A stretch of DNA of 63,619 bases, counting the filler, from Basidioascus undulatus (lineage: Eukaryota), in the NCBI GenBank assembly GCA_000826855.1. It is 5 parts of 5 records of this genome, joined end to end, with 100 filler letters (N's around TTAATTAATTAA, not from the genome) between each part and the next. Parts side by side here need not be neighbours in the genome. Positions count along the whole stretch, not along the records: positions 1 to 8,526 come from JTLS01001378.1; positions 8,627 to 17,151 come from JTLS01001379.1; 3 more parts are not named here. One strand, given 5' to 3'. Position numbers and translations under genes: made by a program. Below are positions 1 through 16,129 of the stretch, one piece after another. The notes below the pieces were generated by a model. It did no database searches. It had not been told where the DNA came from and was given only the letters and a program-made list of their open reading frames with translations. Numbering within the stretch: the first letter of the stretch is position 1; each line of letters opens with the position of its first letter.

Positions 1-1410
1 GGAGGCGGCTGCCGACGCGGGCGCAGGCGCCGGTGCGGGCGCAGGCGCAGGCACCAGCCCCCGACCAGCGACGCCGGCGGACGCAGCGCACGCGCAGGGC
101 AAGAAGCCAAGAAAGCTCAACTTCTTCGCCAACTCGACGTTCTACGTTGCGCTGCGGCTCATATACGTGCGTTCCGTTTCCAACTGCTTCATGGGCGCTC
201 GTGGCTGACGGTCTTCTCTCTTCTCAACGCAGGTCCTTTACTTCCGCCTGCACTCGATCAAGGAGATCGGCATCAAGCTCTCGTCCGCGAACCCGCCCTC
301 GCGGCTGATCAACCCGCTCGCGACCGAGCTCGGTCTCGCGGACCCGACGATCCCCGCCTCGGGCGTGCCGCTCGAGGAGGGCCCGAACCCCGCCGAGCAC
401 TACTACGAGCACCTACTCGAGCTTTGCGAGAAGCTGTTCGACGGCGATGTCGACCAGGGCATCTTCGAGGAGAGCCTGCGCTGGATGTTCGGCACCAAGG
501 CGTACCCCATCTTCACCGTCGACAAGCTCATCGGGCAGATCATCAAGCAGGTGCGTTGTGCTGCGTGGCTGCAGGTTTGGGGAAGGGAGGAAGCGACTGA
601 CACTCTGTTGGTTCAACAGATCCAGATCGTGACGAACGACGCGAAGAGCCAAGAGCTGCTCGCGCTCCTCGAGAAGCAGCGCAAGGCGCCGTCGACGAGT
701 AACAAGCAGCAGATCCTCAACCGCATGCAGGCCGAGGCGATCCTCGGCCCGGACGAGAACCTGTACCGTCTTGAATGGGTGCGTGTCGCGCGTGCGCTTG
801 TCGCGCTTGGGTGGGACGCTGATGAGAGGGATGGGCGCGCACAGGCCGAGGACTCGAAGGAGCTCCTCATCCAGCTGCTCGGCAAGGACGACATCACGGT
901 CGACGCGGGCGCGAGCCCCGAGGCGCGCTGGAGCTACTACATCGAGAGCTACGTCCTCACGACGCCGACCGAGGGGCTTGGCGCGGAGGTCGCACCTCCG
1001 TTCCTGAAGCGGTTCGCCATTCCAGTTTCTCTATCGGCCCGCTTCCCACAGCGGAAAGCTGACCTCACTCCCATCTGCCGTACAGGAATCTCCGCCCCAC
1101 CTCCTCCGACTCGCCCGGCTCGGCAGCAGACTCCTTCGACGCGCGCTCCGGGCTCGAGATCCGCGTCTGCATGCGCACCTATCGCCTCTTCTTCGTCTCC
1201 AAGACGGAGGACTACCTCGTCCGGCGACGCTCGCGCGCCGAGGCCGAGGCCGTCGCGCGTAAGCTCGAGGACCGCAAGAAGGAGCGCAAGGAGCGCATGG
1301 ACCGCTGGCTCGAGGACAAGGTCCGCGAGCGCGGCGACGCGCCTGCGCCCGCGCCCGCGTCCGCGTCCGCTGCTTTGGCGGCTGGGATGGGCGCGGGGGC
1401 GGGTAGGTAG
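1..1410 (+). CDS. SIN3: Transcriptional corepressor Sin3, C-terminal part (5'-partial)
   Basis: Spliced translation (introns about 167-232, 551-619, 779-844, 1012-1085) gives FFANSTFYVALRL...YYEHLLELCEKLFDGDVDQGIFEESLRWMFGTKAYPIFTVDKLI...GPDENLYRLEW...RWSYYIESY...PFLKRN...GLEIRVCMRTYRLFFVSKTEDY, matching the Sin3 C-terminal domain; TAG stop at 1408-1410. Confidence 0.93.
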
Positions 1411-1421
1411 ATGGAGAGGAT

Positions 1422-1458
1422 GGACGGACGGACGGATGGGATGGGATGGGATGGGATG
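1422..1458. repeat. Short (GGAC)n/(GGATG)n microsatellite in SIN3 3' UTR
   Basis: Directly visible tandem units ggacggacggacgg-atggg-atggg-atggg-atggg-atg. Confidence 0.7.
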
Positions 1459-2176
1459 CATTGCGGTTGGAGTAGAGCGGTCATTCATGGACTGCTGGGA
1501 TTGCATGGAGGGATGACCATGCATACGTGCATACCCATCGGATCATGCTGCGTCTTATGTGCCGGATGCATGAGCCACACGTAACGGCGTAAACTTGCCC
1601 CCTGCGGCTTATTCGTCTCAAGTGTTCCTGGTGGGCGCAACTCCGTTTCTTTCTTTCTTCTCACTCCGTGCATTGGTAACTTCTCTGTTGCCTGTTCACG
1701 CCCACGCCCCTGATCCGGCGACCTAATGTTCGCACCGACCCGCATACCTCGAAGGGTTCTTGACGCATCGAATGCAGTAGATATTTCTCTACAATGTCTG
1801 AATCCAACCAAAATGAGACCAGGACAGCAGCACCTCCCGGCGACTCGCTAGGTTGCCCTCTTCCTCTATACCTGCTGTAAGATCATGCTTAGACCTCTGG
1901 CAACGTGCTGTGCCTGGCGCTAGAATGACAAGGGGCACTGCGACGAGAGAACGAGTGTAGGCAAGGACAACCATAGCATGGCATTCCGATCCCGAAGTAA
2001 AAGTTGGGGACTAGTTCATTCTTAATAGACATATAATAACGGCTAAAGAATTGAACCTGATTGTACTTGTTCAAGGGTTCGGAAAAGGAGGAACCACAGA
2101 TGCAGTGGGCTGTGCACGCAGCCACGAATAGAACCATGGTATGTGATTTGTAGCTCACGAATGAGGCCGTTTAATT

Positions 2177-3700
2177 TCATGGCAGGGCAAAAATTAGACA
2201 TACAACAAGACGAAAATGGGAATCCCAACAGAGACGAGCGCAGCTACGAGGTTCCTGCCTATGAGCTACCCCAACCCCGTCGTCGTCGTACGACGTGATC
2301 CCGCGACGAGAAAGGCCCAACCCGTGCGAAGCGCCCAGGAGACGAAGTCCGGCTGGCAAGTTTCCCATAAGAAGCAGTGCGGTTCCACTCCTCCAAGCCG
2401 GACGTGGGGGCGGAGTATCGGTGAGCTCCATTAGCACTGGGCTCGCGGTGATGTGGACGTCGGCGGTATTTGAGGGCATGTCGATTATGGGCTCGACAAG
2501 AGACCTCGCTATGGCTGCGACAAACGTCTTCGGATCGGGCAGCTCCGATGAGAGGGTCAGAAAGCGAAGTGCCGGACATCGAGAGAGAACGAGCACGACG
2601 CTGGCACGTCAAGCATGAGTCCACTCAGCGAGCCTGATGTGGAGGAAAAGAAACATTCAACTCAAGACCTGTTGACAGATGGCACACTAAAATCGGCGCT
2701 ACGGAGCACTGGGAATGAACAGCAACTGAGGTAGTCAAGAACGAGCCTGAGGTCCCTCCCGCTTACCAAGACAGATGTGGGCCAAGCGCGATAATTCGAA
2801 AGTGTCCGAGGTAGTAAACTTTACCTCTTCTTCTTCAGCGTATTTGCAGAAAACCTCTATGAGCTCAAGCAAGGCGAGCTTCTGGAGCATGGGGAACGCA
2901 GGGGCGGAGCTGAAGGCAGTGAGATGCGTGAGGGTAAGCAGCGGCGTGCCGAATAAGCGAGTGCGTGGTGAGCGGTCCGACTGTCTGGTCGAAGGACCAA
3001 CCAATATCAGTATGCTTAAGATGAGAGACGAACGAGACGACCTGCGGGACCGCGGTCGAGTGCAGGCCGCCGTCGCGGTGGCCCGAGTCGGCAACCATGA
3101 CACTGACTGATGCACAAGTCCCGCAAGCCGCCCGCAGGCCGCCGACCGTCAAGGCCAAGTTCGATGAAGTGGAATGCGAGTCCCTTGATGGATTTGAAGG
3201 ATGAGATCCGAACATGGTGGTACCGGAAGAGGTTCGGAAATCGCCTTTGGGACTTCCTCCCCTCGGTCAGCGTTAGCGCAGCCAGACGTCGTGGACACGC
3301 CGGTATCAGCACACCTTCCATGCCCTACACACCAGCAATATGGAATGACCCATGTTTCGTTGCTCGGCTCCAGCCAGCACATCGTTGTATCAGTCGGCCA
3401 GTGCGAAGCTGAAGATGCGCGCCCACAGCTCGTTCGGAATGCGCTCAGGAGCCATGTGTCTCCGGAGCTCATGAGAACTTGCGGGATAATGTAAATGAAC
3501 CGCTTTTCTATGGACTCAGTTGAGTTTGAAGAGAGTGGTGCGAGCGGGCAGAGCTCAAGGTTGACAAGTGCGGTTCGGTCAATCGGCGGACAGATCTCAT
3601 CCGCTCTTCCCCGCTCCAGACGTGTCCCGCCCATAGCAACTTGCGGATTCCGCACAAATGCGCTTCTACTTGATCACGTCGCGATGTAGGACAAATACAC
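2177..3700 (-). pseudogene. Possible degenerate F-box/RNI-like (LRR) gene remnant
   Basis: Protein-like fragments in several frames (LSRCPALRFLTLS, FPMLQKLALLEL, LRDLCISQC) resemble fungal LRR-type repeats; no continuous ORF or clean splice model; boundaries approximate. Confidence 0.3.
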
Positions 3701-4094
3701 CGCGGTTGGTATAAGTAAACTGGGAGCAGCGGCTGAAGTCTGCATGCTTCCCGCACACCTCCCCCAACACACACAGCCCATGCGTCCGAACGCGATGCAT
3801 TCGTTTTAGGCGGCTCCCCAACCCCTCACCACAAAGTGATCGCCTTTCCAAACCTTCCAAACCCCGTTCCGCCTTCGAGCGCCTCCGCACTTCCACCGTC
3901 GCCGCCGCCGCCCAATGCTGCCCGATCATCTTCTTGTATAGGCTCGTTCCCAAACGCGAAAGATACGAAACAATAGTGTAAAGAAAGAGGAAAAATTGCT
4001 GCGAGATTGCGAGGTTGCTAGGATGGAGGATGGGGAGGGATGGATGAGGGAGGAGAAGGAGAAGGAGAGGAAAGAATCCGCGACGACCGAACGT

Positions 4095-7187
<3,093 letters not shown>

Positions 7188-7377
7188 ATTGGACCGGTCT
7201 GAACGGCGAGGAGGGGGTGTTGAGGGGAGGAAAGGAAAAGGATGCAGAGATGGTGATGGTCCGGTGCGAAGCGAGAAGGCCGCCTCTTAAGGCTCGTTCG
7301 ACGGAATGCGCTGGCGTGCCTAGCGCGCGTCACCGTCGCCCCCGCCCCGGGCGGCAACCTGGAGCGCACTCATTCGG

Positions 7378-7399
7378 CCACGTCGACAGTGCAGCGTGT
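7378..7399. promoter_or_regulatory. Candidate unfolded-protein-response element(s) upstream of KAR2
   Basis: CCACGTC (7378-7384; GACGTGG on the coding strand) and CAGCGTG (7392-7398, the yeast KAR2 UPRE core) lie adjacent about 190-210 bp upstream of the ATG. Confidence 0.45.
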
Positions 7400-8526
7400 T
7401 TCTCAACATGCCGAAAATTTTGGAGACACTCGTTCGTCTCAGAACTACTTCCACCCTCCCCTTCAAGCTACAGTGCCAGCACACAAAGAAGTGTTCCGGA
7501 CCCGCTGCGATGCAGCTGCTGTTGCCACACTGGCAATGCTCGCTTACGCGTACAATCTAGAAACTACGACGGACACGTACTCTACAAACACGCGTACGGC
7601 GCCGTTGCCTCCGGCCTTTCCACACGTTAACTCACAGCAACTCACAGCAATGTCCACAATTCACATGAAGGCCGGTCACATCGCACCGGATAGCGGCGGT
7701 GTCACCCCGCGAGTCCCGGTTGTAGCTTGGACAGCCAGCGTCGGCGCCATCATCACCTTCCACAACAACTCGTGGCGCACGTAGCAGAGATAGAAGGAAT
7801 TTCGGAGGTATCCTGATTGGTGATCTTTCCCATGCACACCTTTCGCTCTGGTTCCATGTTGCCACACTGCGATATGCCCACCAAACGTAGGTGCTTCTCC
7901 GAGTGTCGCATGAACATGCACCCATCACAGTCTTATCACACTGAAACCAGTTACAAGCATACTTGGTATTGCTTTTCTTAGACTCGAGTGATTCGATTTC
8001 TCTCCATCCAGCAGCAGCGCTTCTCAAAATTTCTCGTGATTCAAGTTGTTGTCTTGGCAGATTCGAACTTGCTCATCGAACTTACCCCAGTGATAATGAC
8101 TTTTAGTCCCTGGACTGCAATGGGGTTTATGCTACTGGGACCACTGCGCTCGATGTAGCGCATGAGAGTCGGACTCTTTGAGCACAACTGGCATGTGGCG
8201 ACCGCGCTGACCTGGTTTCATCTGGCCCACTATGCATTAGTTGATCCAAATTTTTCAATTAAAAATGCCTCTTTGCATTCCCATGTTTTAATAGAACTCC
8301 CAGGTTACATTGAACGAACTGACTTTTGGAAAGCCTGCCAGTGGATCATCCGTGTAGGCCATGATGCACTGTCCCGCACTCCTCATGTTCCTCAGCAATC
8401 GAGCTGCTGACTTGCTTCTGAATTAACTCCATGTCCTCCTCATCCTGGGCATGGACGAGCACTGCCTCTTCCGGCCTGGGTTAGGCGCGTTCGCAGTCCC
8501 ACCCTACCCCACCCTCGACGTACTTA

Positions 8527-8626
8527 NNNNNNNNNNNNNNNNNNNNNNNNNNNNNNNNNNNNNNNNNNNNTTAATTAATTAANNNNNNNNNNNNNNNNNN
8601 NNNNNNNNNNNNNNNNNNNNNNNNNN
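8527..8626. other. Assembly gap with TTAATTAATTAA linker
   Basis: 100-nt N run with a central six-frame stop linker; artificial. Confidence 0.98.
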
Positions 8627-10136
8627 CTCGAGATTGCGCGCTCGAAGGCGCCTCTCCACACCCACGTCGCGAAGGTTGACCAAGTGTGCCCTGGCAACGT
8701 CACGCTCCCTCGTTCCCTCTTCGGGATATCGCTGTGCAGAACCGTGAACGCCTCAACGCCACGTACGGTGACACTTACTTCACCGCTGGCTTCCCTCTCA
8801 AGACCTGGAACGCCATTACCGACAGCACCCGCACTTTCTCCGAAAACAGTAATACGGTCTGAGTCCCCTCCAAAAAAGCTGATGTACTTTTGGACTCAGA
8901 GCAATGCAGCTGCATAAACGAGACGTTCAGTAAAAGTTACCGTATCATGAAGTGTTCATTCATCACCTCGCTGATCAAGAAGCCCAGCGTTGGCAGCACC
9001 AGCCTCACGTACTACTGAGAGAAGCGGTCAGCTGCATTGATTCTATATTATACAGAAACACAGGAAGCCTGCCGCGGGTGCCAGCAAGCCAGCCGTAAGT
9101 CCCGAAGTTAACAACGGCGACGGCTACAGCAGTTCCGATCAGAACGGCTTAACTGGCTAGAATGACTCGGAAGATTACCAACATCCGCCCTGTAGGGGAA
9201 GGCATGGCTTCAGCATCTGTGGTTGAAGTATGCGGGAGAGTAGGGCTTGCCATTTCCACACTACGTGCGATCAGCTTGTGAGGAAGGTACACCTCATTGT
9301 ACGATGCGCCTGAGGAGCACCGGTCGATCAATGTGCTCATTGAGCAATGATATGCCACTGACCTTCGATGAATGCCCCACCATAAAGATAAGCCGTGTAT
9401 GTTAGTGCCAGTGAATAACTGTGTGCGCAGTTGGTACGTACCCAGACAAGGCCGGGAGCCGCCTCCAGAAACCCCCTCGTGGTAAACATTGAGAGTAAGA
9501 AAATCTTCCCGAGACTCCTTTACTGGCGAGCTGTAGGCTGTCAAATGTCAAACGTAAACGAACTATTCATCTTCCTTTTGCTTTGGGAGCAATGGGTTAC
9601 TTACGACAGGAAGCTGCTTGCACGCCCAGCCGTATTCCCGTGCATCCACAATGTCGACAAGGCTCTTCAGCTTCCACGGAACCGGAGGTTTGAATTTGTA
9701 TTTGAGAAGGTCAAAGGCGGCTGAAATATGTTGAGTAGATCGTTCAGATTGAAGACACATTGGAGTTCGTTGGCGGGCGGCTCAGCGTAGGCGATGCCTA
9801 TGAGAAAATAATACTGTCAACACCTTTGTGAACAACAGATGATGTCCAGAAGATCCCACCTCTGAATGTCTCCAAGTTCAGTGTTTAGTTGAGCTTTCCG
9901 ATGAAGGTAACCAGGGACAAAGAGTTTGTGGAGAAGTGGCTCTCTCCCTGGACTGCATATTGAGCGGTAATGTTGACCTCGATGTCATCGGGGCGAGATA
10001 AGAATTAGCTGCCCCCAGTGCGACTGTACTAATGACCAGTATGGTTGAACCTCTGTTCAAAGAGGCGTGCGGGAGCAGCATTGGCACCGGCAATGGACAG
10101 CGCTGCGCATGCGATTGCTAGCAAGTGTCGACGCAT
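8627..10136 (-). pseudogene. Secreted type-B carboxylesterase/lipase pseudogene (3' end lost in gap)
   Basis: Signal peptide MRRHLLAIACAALSIAGANA, ETFRGIAYAEPP, EDFLTLNVY, NAGLLDQR, AALL*VQKYISFFGGDSDRITVFGESAGA (catalytic GESAG about 8827-8841), AFERAIS. Several in-frame stops in exon 1 and TGA at the conserved Trp (8896-8898). Confidence 0.88.
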
Positions 10137-10939
10137 ACTGGGCTCGTGCAGAGAATCAAGGTATGAGCGCGAAGGTGGGGTAGAGAATGAGGGTAGTATT
10201 ATAATGAGGGTGGGATTAAATAGGGTGCTGGTGATATCCAGAAAGGCTGGAAGACGCGTCTGCGAGAAGATGGGGAGAAAGAATGGCAGGCAGGGGAACA
10301 GCGCAAGGCAAGCGTGCTTGATGCTGGAGGGCAGGCTCGCGGGCACCGGAGAATGGAACGATGGGCAGATGAACTGCCTCGAGATTCCATGATCATACAC
10401 ACAAAAGCGTGAAGGATAGTGGACCACTTGTTTTCTACGCGAAGCTATCCAAATCCCTCCATGTGCACGCCCTCTACAGCTCCCAATTTACATGTTGAAG
10501 GGTGGAACACATGGTTTTATCATTGAGAATCCTGATCTCAATCCCAGTGCATTACCTACTGTCTGTATGTCCGCTCCCACAAGCTAAGCAATCATGCGTG
10601 AACATGCGAAAAATTGGATGCACATATTGTCGTCAATGACTGCCATAGCAATGAGTCGAAGGCCCTCGCCGTTCCAACCTCGGGAGACGGTTCCTGAAAT
10701 CCTGGCATTATATTAATATATTGACACAGGAACTGAGGCCGAGGAGACCGTGACGCCCGTGACATTGATTCCTGAAAGGAATTGCAAGGGAAGTGTGAAT
10801 GTCAACGCACGTTACAGGTCGAAGGGCTGCATATCGGCTGCATAAAGCTGTCGACCGTAAATGGATGGGTGATTCTAGGGTCGCTCAGCACGCATCATAT
10901 TCAGCGTCTACGTGCATCTCAAGTTGCTGAAACCCCTTG

Positions 10940-12100
10940 TCGGCGAAAGTTGGTCGATTACGCGGTGATGGCAAAGGTGGCTACCGGCATGATCAATGGT
11001 ACGCATCTCAGTCTAAGTTGAAGGAGCACCAGTTGACTCTTTCTCAACGTTGTCGATATGGTGTTGAATGATGGGAACAGGCCCGTCTCATGGCCGGTGC
11101 GTCTCTCGTTCAAGAAAGCGTTGGAGGGGGTTCTTAGTTTCTTTACCTTCTGTAATGCCCAACCAGGTCGCAACCACATGTTACTTCGAGTATTCTCTCA
11201 TCACTGGCAAGCCTGAGTTCAAGTTTCCTGCCGTCTTCTTGGTTTGTGCTAGACTATCCTGTCTGGTGCTGCTTTTCGTGAAGTACTCTTAACGCTGTTG
11301 TTTTCTCTGTATGAAGGCATCTGACACGCCACGGCAGTGCTGTCCGCTCGAAAATACCCACGTGCGCACTCCGATCCCTTGTCGCTGTTTTGGCAATGCT
11401 GAAAGGTCAACTGACTGGAGAACAATGGTTTGCGAAGACACTCGGATGAAGGGTGTTACATCATTTACGGACGTCTCAGGTACTTGTGTTCAGCCGCTCA
11501 GAGCTGTCTAAGCGTACACTAATGCTCCAAGCTGTATGTGCCCATGCAGCACACAATTTTGCATTGCCACAACATGCGCGACCGCCCTCCTGGTGATCAG
11601 GGTCGTTGCCATGCTCGTCTTTCCTCACTACATTGAATAGAGAGAAGTACTGAATATTTTACACACAACTGGCATAAAAGGCTGGCTGTCGCAATTCCTC
11701 TTGGTGTCCTCACAGTCGGACAACTCGTCTGTACAACGTACGTGTCGTGTACCCAGAACATGCCTGCAGCACCTAACGAAGTCCTTCTCATCTTGCAGTG
11801 TGGTGCATCTGTAAGCTATGCCACAGACATTCAGGCGCATCCAGGAGCTCAATTGCTGATTCATACCAAGAACACCGCCCTGCTTTCCAGCACGAGCATC
11901 TACGGTACGTCTCTCAACCCTGCTGAGGAATGTGCCCTCTCTGACAGAAAGGATGGTCGAATATTGCAGCTCAATCACTTCCAGGTATGTGTTACAAGGT
12001 GGCCGAAAGAGTCTTTTTCGAAAGGTCCAGGGAATTCTGCAGTCGCTGCACCAGACCTGCTTCCCATTAAACAGATGAAAATTCACCTACTGTGCTAAAG
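10940..12100 (+). pseudogene. Basidiomycete multi-pass membrane protein (DUF6533-like), probably decayed
   Basis: Fragments TTCYFEYSLITGKPEFKFPAVFLVCARLSCL, CATALLVIRVVA and WHKRLAVAIPLGVLTVGQL recall this family; some splice sites look mutated; boundaries approximate. Confidence 0.4.
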
Positions 12101-12399
12101 GGTGTTCAATGCACCAAATTTTCTTCGAAGCGGTCCACTCAGCCCTGAGTACACTCGAGGCTGCCCAGGATCTGGTTTGCGTTCGCACCGTCATCTCCTT
12201 CGCGCCTGCACAGTTGAACCGGGCCTGGCCCCTCGCCTCGCTCACGGGAGACTCTATTCAAATTCAACCTCATTGATCTTTTAAGGACCTCGTTTCGAAG
12301 ATCCTACATCAACTCCATCTCCTAGACTAGCGTGTAGACCAGCATTGTCGCTGTCCTTCTCTGCCCGAGCGCGCCACCAGCCTCACAGCCGCGCTTGAC

Positions 12400-13029
12400 A
12401 TGTCTGGCCACTACGATGATATATTCGGTCTAGGGGAACAAAGGTTAGAGATACTCCCAGCTCTCGAGTATGCTCTCAAAGCGTATCTAATTCCCTTGTC
12501 GTCGTGGCGCAAAAGCCCCGTCGCGTCGGCGGCTTCAGCCCTTGCGCCCCCTCAGTCAGGTGCGCCAGCGGGATTTCTCGCCAGAGCACCCTCTGGTTCC
12601 TTCTCCGACTCCGATGAAGTCGTCGCCTTCTCTGTGGCAGCTTCCCCAACCCAATCCGCTCCTCCACCACCTCCCTACCAGTCGCCTTCCCAAGCCTGGC
12701 CACTCCACGCCGCTCAGTCCGTCTATCCCGCCGTCCGGACAGCGCTGGCAGAGCGCGACGCGGTTTTGAAGGAGCTGCACACGGCACGCTTCAAGTTCCA
12801 GCAGATGCAGCAGGTTGTGCGGCAGTACGAGCAGGCGCAGCATGCGAGCTTGCGCGTGCTGAAGGAGCGCAGGACGACGTCCCAGGCCGCACTGGTGGAG
12901 GAGAGGCGCAGCGTGGAGCAGCTCGTTGCGAACGAGTGGGAGAAGGAATGGGAGCTCAGGATGGTCAGGGAAGAGGTGGATCTTCTGATGGGATGTGCAG
13001 GACCGGGCAATGCGAGTGAGCTGGCGTGA
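12400..13029 (+). CDS. Hypothetical protein, 209 aa, Pro/Ser-rich middle and C-terminal coiled coil
   Basis: Uninterrupted ATG-TGA ORF with a helical E/Q/R/L-rich C-terminal half; no family recognised. Confidence 0.55.
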   Translation: MSGHYDDIFGLGEQRLEILPALEYALKAYLIPLSSWRKSPVASAASALAPPQSGAPAGFLARAPSGSFSDSDEVVAFSVAASPTQSAPPPPPYQSPSQAWPLHAAQSVYPAVRTALAERDAVLKELHTARFKFQQMQQVVRQYEQAQHASLRVLKERRTTSQAALVEERRSVEQLVANEWEKEWELRMVREEVDLLMGCAGPGNASELA

Positions 13030-13749
13030 GGACGGCGGGGACAGCTAGGGAGTGAGGGCGGTCCGGGCTGGGAGCTGTGCTGTAGGACAAAGAGCACGTG
13101 TGGTTGAAAGCCTCGTCTACGAAGATTTGGCCCCCTCAACAAGCCCAGTACGGCGGTCGTCCAGTGGACTTACAGAAGGCTGTCGATTTGTGCACGCACA
13201 TTCTGCGTCGCTTTCTGCAGTCCTGAGTACCGCGCAGCCTGCTAAGAGCTAGATGTCCGTCAGAACACGATTCTTAAACCCTTTTATGTCCTGTGGTGAT
13301 CCTCTAACCTGCAGAGTATCAGTTGCCGGACGAAAAGAGCTAGAGCTGGAGTAGTGGTCATCCTGACCCCAAACGCAGTGGCCTCTCACGGAACTTACCA
13401 GACGTAAGATATGTTCTGAATTACATATTGATTATATTGACACCCCTCAAATTCGTTCCGCTATTCGAGCGTTCCGGAATTCAGCGTGCACCAGAGTGCT
13501 TTCAACCTGCTACGCCGGCTGCGACAGCCAACTCTCGTTTCTTTTCAATTCCCCGATCGGTTCCCTTCGACTGTAAACTTTCACGATACGAAAGAGGTCT
13601 CAAAGGTGTGCCGATTAATGGGAGTGGGAGTGTTTGTGCTGACTTCAGCAGGTCCGGGCATCGACCTGACCGGACCCGAGCAATGTATGCTCAACCCTTC
13701 CCCAAACTCCTCGCAAAGTAGTGCATGCGTCTCTTCCCTCTCACCCCAG

Positions 13750-16129
13750 CTAAGTCCTCCCCTCGCTCCCCTTGCCCTTGCCCTTCCCCGCCCGCTCCGT
13801 CTCCGCCTCCAGCAGCCCCAAGCACGCGCCCTCGACATCGACGATCTCCTTCGGCGCCTCGGTGGTAAGCACCGTCGGCTCGTCCTCGCCGACGAGGACG
13901 TCGTCCTCGATGCGGACGCCGAGGCCATGGAAGTGCTTCGGGAAGCGCGAGTCCGTAGGGACGTAGAGCCCCGGCTCGATCGTTATTACGTGGCCGGGCT
14001 CGAGTCTTCGCGTCGAAAGGGGAGTGTCAGCGGGTTGGAAAGGGAGGGGAGGGGGAAGAGGGGAAGGCGCACCGAGTGGACCGGTCGAACATAGGCGTGT
14101 CGTGCAAGTCCATGCCGAGGGGGTGTCCTGACCCACGAGCCCCGTCAGCTGCTGTTCTTCTGCTTTGCGGAGATGACAAGGAAGGGGACGGACCGATGTA
14201 ATGCGGGTACAGAATCTTTTCGAGCTCGCCATGCCGCGTCTCGAACCCGAGCTGGCGCAGCTCCTCCCCGAGCAGGGCGACGCTCGCGCGGTGGATCTCG
14301 TTCAGCGTCGTCCGGCGATCAGCAGTGCACATCCTATGTACACCAGTACGTCAGCAGCGGGCGCGATGAGAGTATGAATGGGAGGGGGGGGAGAGGGAAA
14401 GACGCACTTGATGCACGCCTTCTCGACGTTCAGGACGGCCTGGTAGAGGTCCCGCTGCGCTGGCGAGAACGTGCCCGAGACTGGCCAAGTGCGGGTGATA
14501 TCGCTTGCTGGTAGTTGAGGGAAGAAGCGTTCGAAATGAAAGAGTAAATAGTGACCGAGAGGTGCTGGAGGAAAGCGGTCAGAACAGGAAGGCAAGACGC
14601 ACTGTACCCGTGCAGCTCGCACCCCGCGTCCATCAGGACGAGCTCGCCAGGGTTCAAGCGGCACTGTTTCAAAAGAGCAGCACGGCAAATTAGATCTCGC
14701 GCTCCAGAACGCGATTTAAGAAGGAAGGCACCGACGGACATTGTTACTGTGATCCTCCAGCTCCAGGTCAGCCACAGCGTGAGCAAGGTGTCGATAGGAA
14801 CGGAAGACGCACAAGGTATAGTGCACAGCGAGCGCGTTCGCCCCGGACGCAACAACGGGGACGTACGCCTGGCGCTCGCTGCCCTGCATCGCGCACGCGT
14901 ACTCAAAGTGCGCAGCCAGCTGCGCCTCCGTCCGGCCCGGCTCGGTGAACCGCATCGTCTGTCCCCAGCAACCCACCACGCTTCCCCATCAGCCCGAACT
15001 CCAGAAAATTAAAGGGGATCCAACACCCAACGCCTAACGCACCTTCCCCATCGCCTCCCCGCCCACGCGTCCCGCCTCGCGCATCAGCCTCGCCTCAGCC
15101 GAGCTCTTCCTCGCCCGAAGCTTCTGCACGAGCGGCCCGAGCGCTCGCACGCCGGGGGAGGAGAGCGCAGACGCCACAGCGTCCGCGTCGGACCGGTTGG
15201 GCGCGAGGTACTCGAGGATGGACTTTGTGGTGCGGCGCGTGGAGGTCTGGCGGCCGGGCTTGTGGGACGAGTAGACTTGCCGCGCGTTGGGGAGGACAGA
15301 GCGAAGGTAGGAAGGGAGGTGGTGCGTTGGGAGAGCCTGGGTGCGGGAAAGGAGGGGTGAGCTGGGTAGGGAGAAGGGGGTGGGAAGGCGAGGGGAAGAC
15401 GGACCTCGTCCGCCATGAAGTGCTCGACTGCTGCGAGCGTCCCTGTACGCGCGCCGTCCCACTGCTCTACATCCGGGTCCTTCTCTCGCACGAAGAGAGT
15501 CATCTTGAACCCTCTGGGTGACGAGTCCTTTTCTGCGCGACGTGATGCGAGGGATGAGATGGGAGGGAACAGTATGTTCGAGTGCGGAAAGATCACGGAC
15601 GCAGGACCACAGCAGAATCAGGTTCTTGGAAGCCGGTGAGGTACAGGAAGTCGGTTGATTGGCGAAAGGAGTAGCTGTTTTGACACACGCATCTCAACAT
15701 TCGCTTGCACACAGTTGGTAGGGAGAAGGAAAAGGGACAGACAAGATCTCTATTTTCCACCCGCACCACACCAGCACCCAATACATCAATCAGCTTTCCA
15801 TCCCTCCTCCATTCTTCTTCATTCCTATTCCGGCCACGCAGTCCAGCAGCAAACGCACCCTGGCTCATCATCCTCACCCTTCCACCCACACAAACGACGA
15901 CGCTCCCGTCGTCCAAGCCGCTCATGAGCTGCGCGCGGCGGAGCTCATACTCGAGCGCGCTTAGGCCCAACGTGAGCTCGCCCGGCCTGAGCATGTGCGG
16001 GTGCGTGCTCGGGAGCGGCTGGCCATACGGCGCGGGCTTCGGGGGCGCGGCGGAGGCAATGGAGGAGGCTAGGGAAGCCAGGGAGCGGGTGAGGGGCCGC
16101 CGCGGGAGGGCGCGGAGGATGGTGAGCAT
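13750..16129 (-). CDS. ICP55: Mitochondrial intermediate cleaving peptidase 55 (Xaa-Pro aminopeptidase, M24B)
   Basis: Arg/Ser/Leu-rich presequence, YGQPLPSTHPHMLRPGELTLG, FRQSTDFLYLTGFQEPDS, AYVPVVASGANAL, LVLMDAGCE, SDITRTWPVSG, YPHYIGHPLGMDLHD, ITIEPGLY, GVRIEDDVLV; multi-exon; TAG at 13750-13752. Confidence 0.93.
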
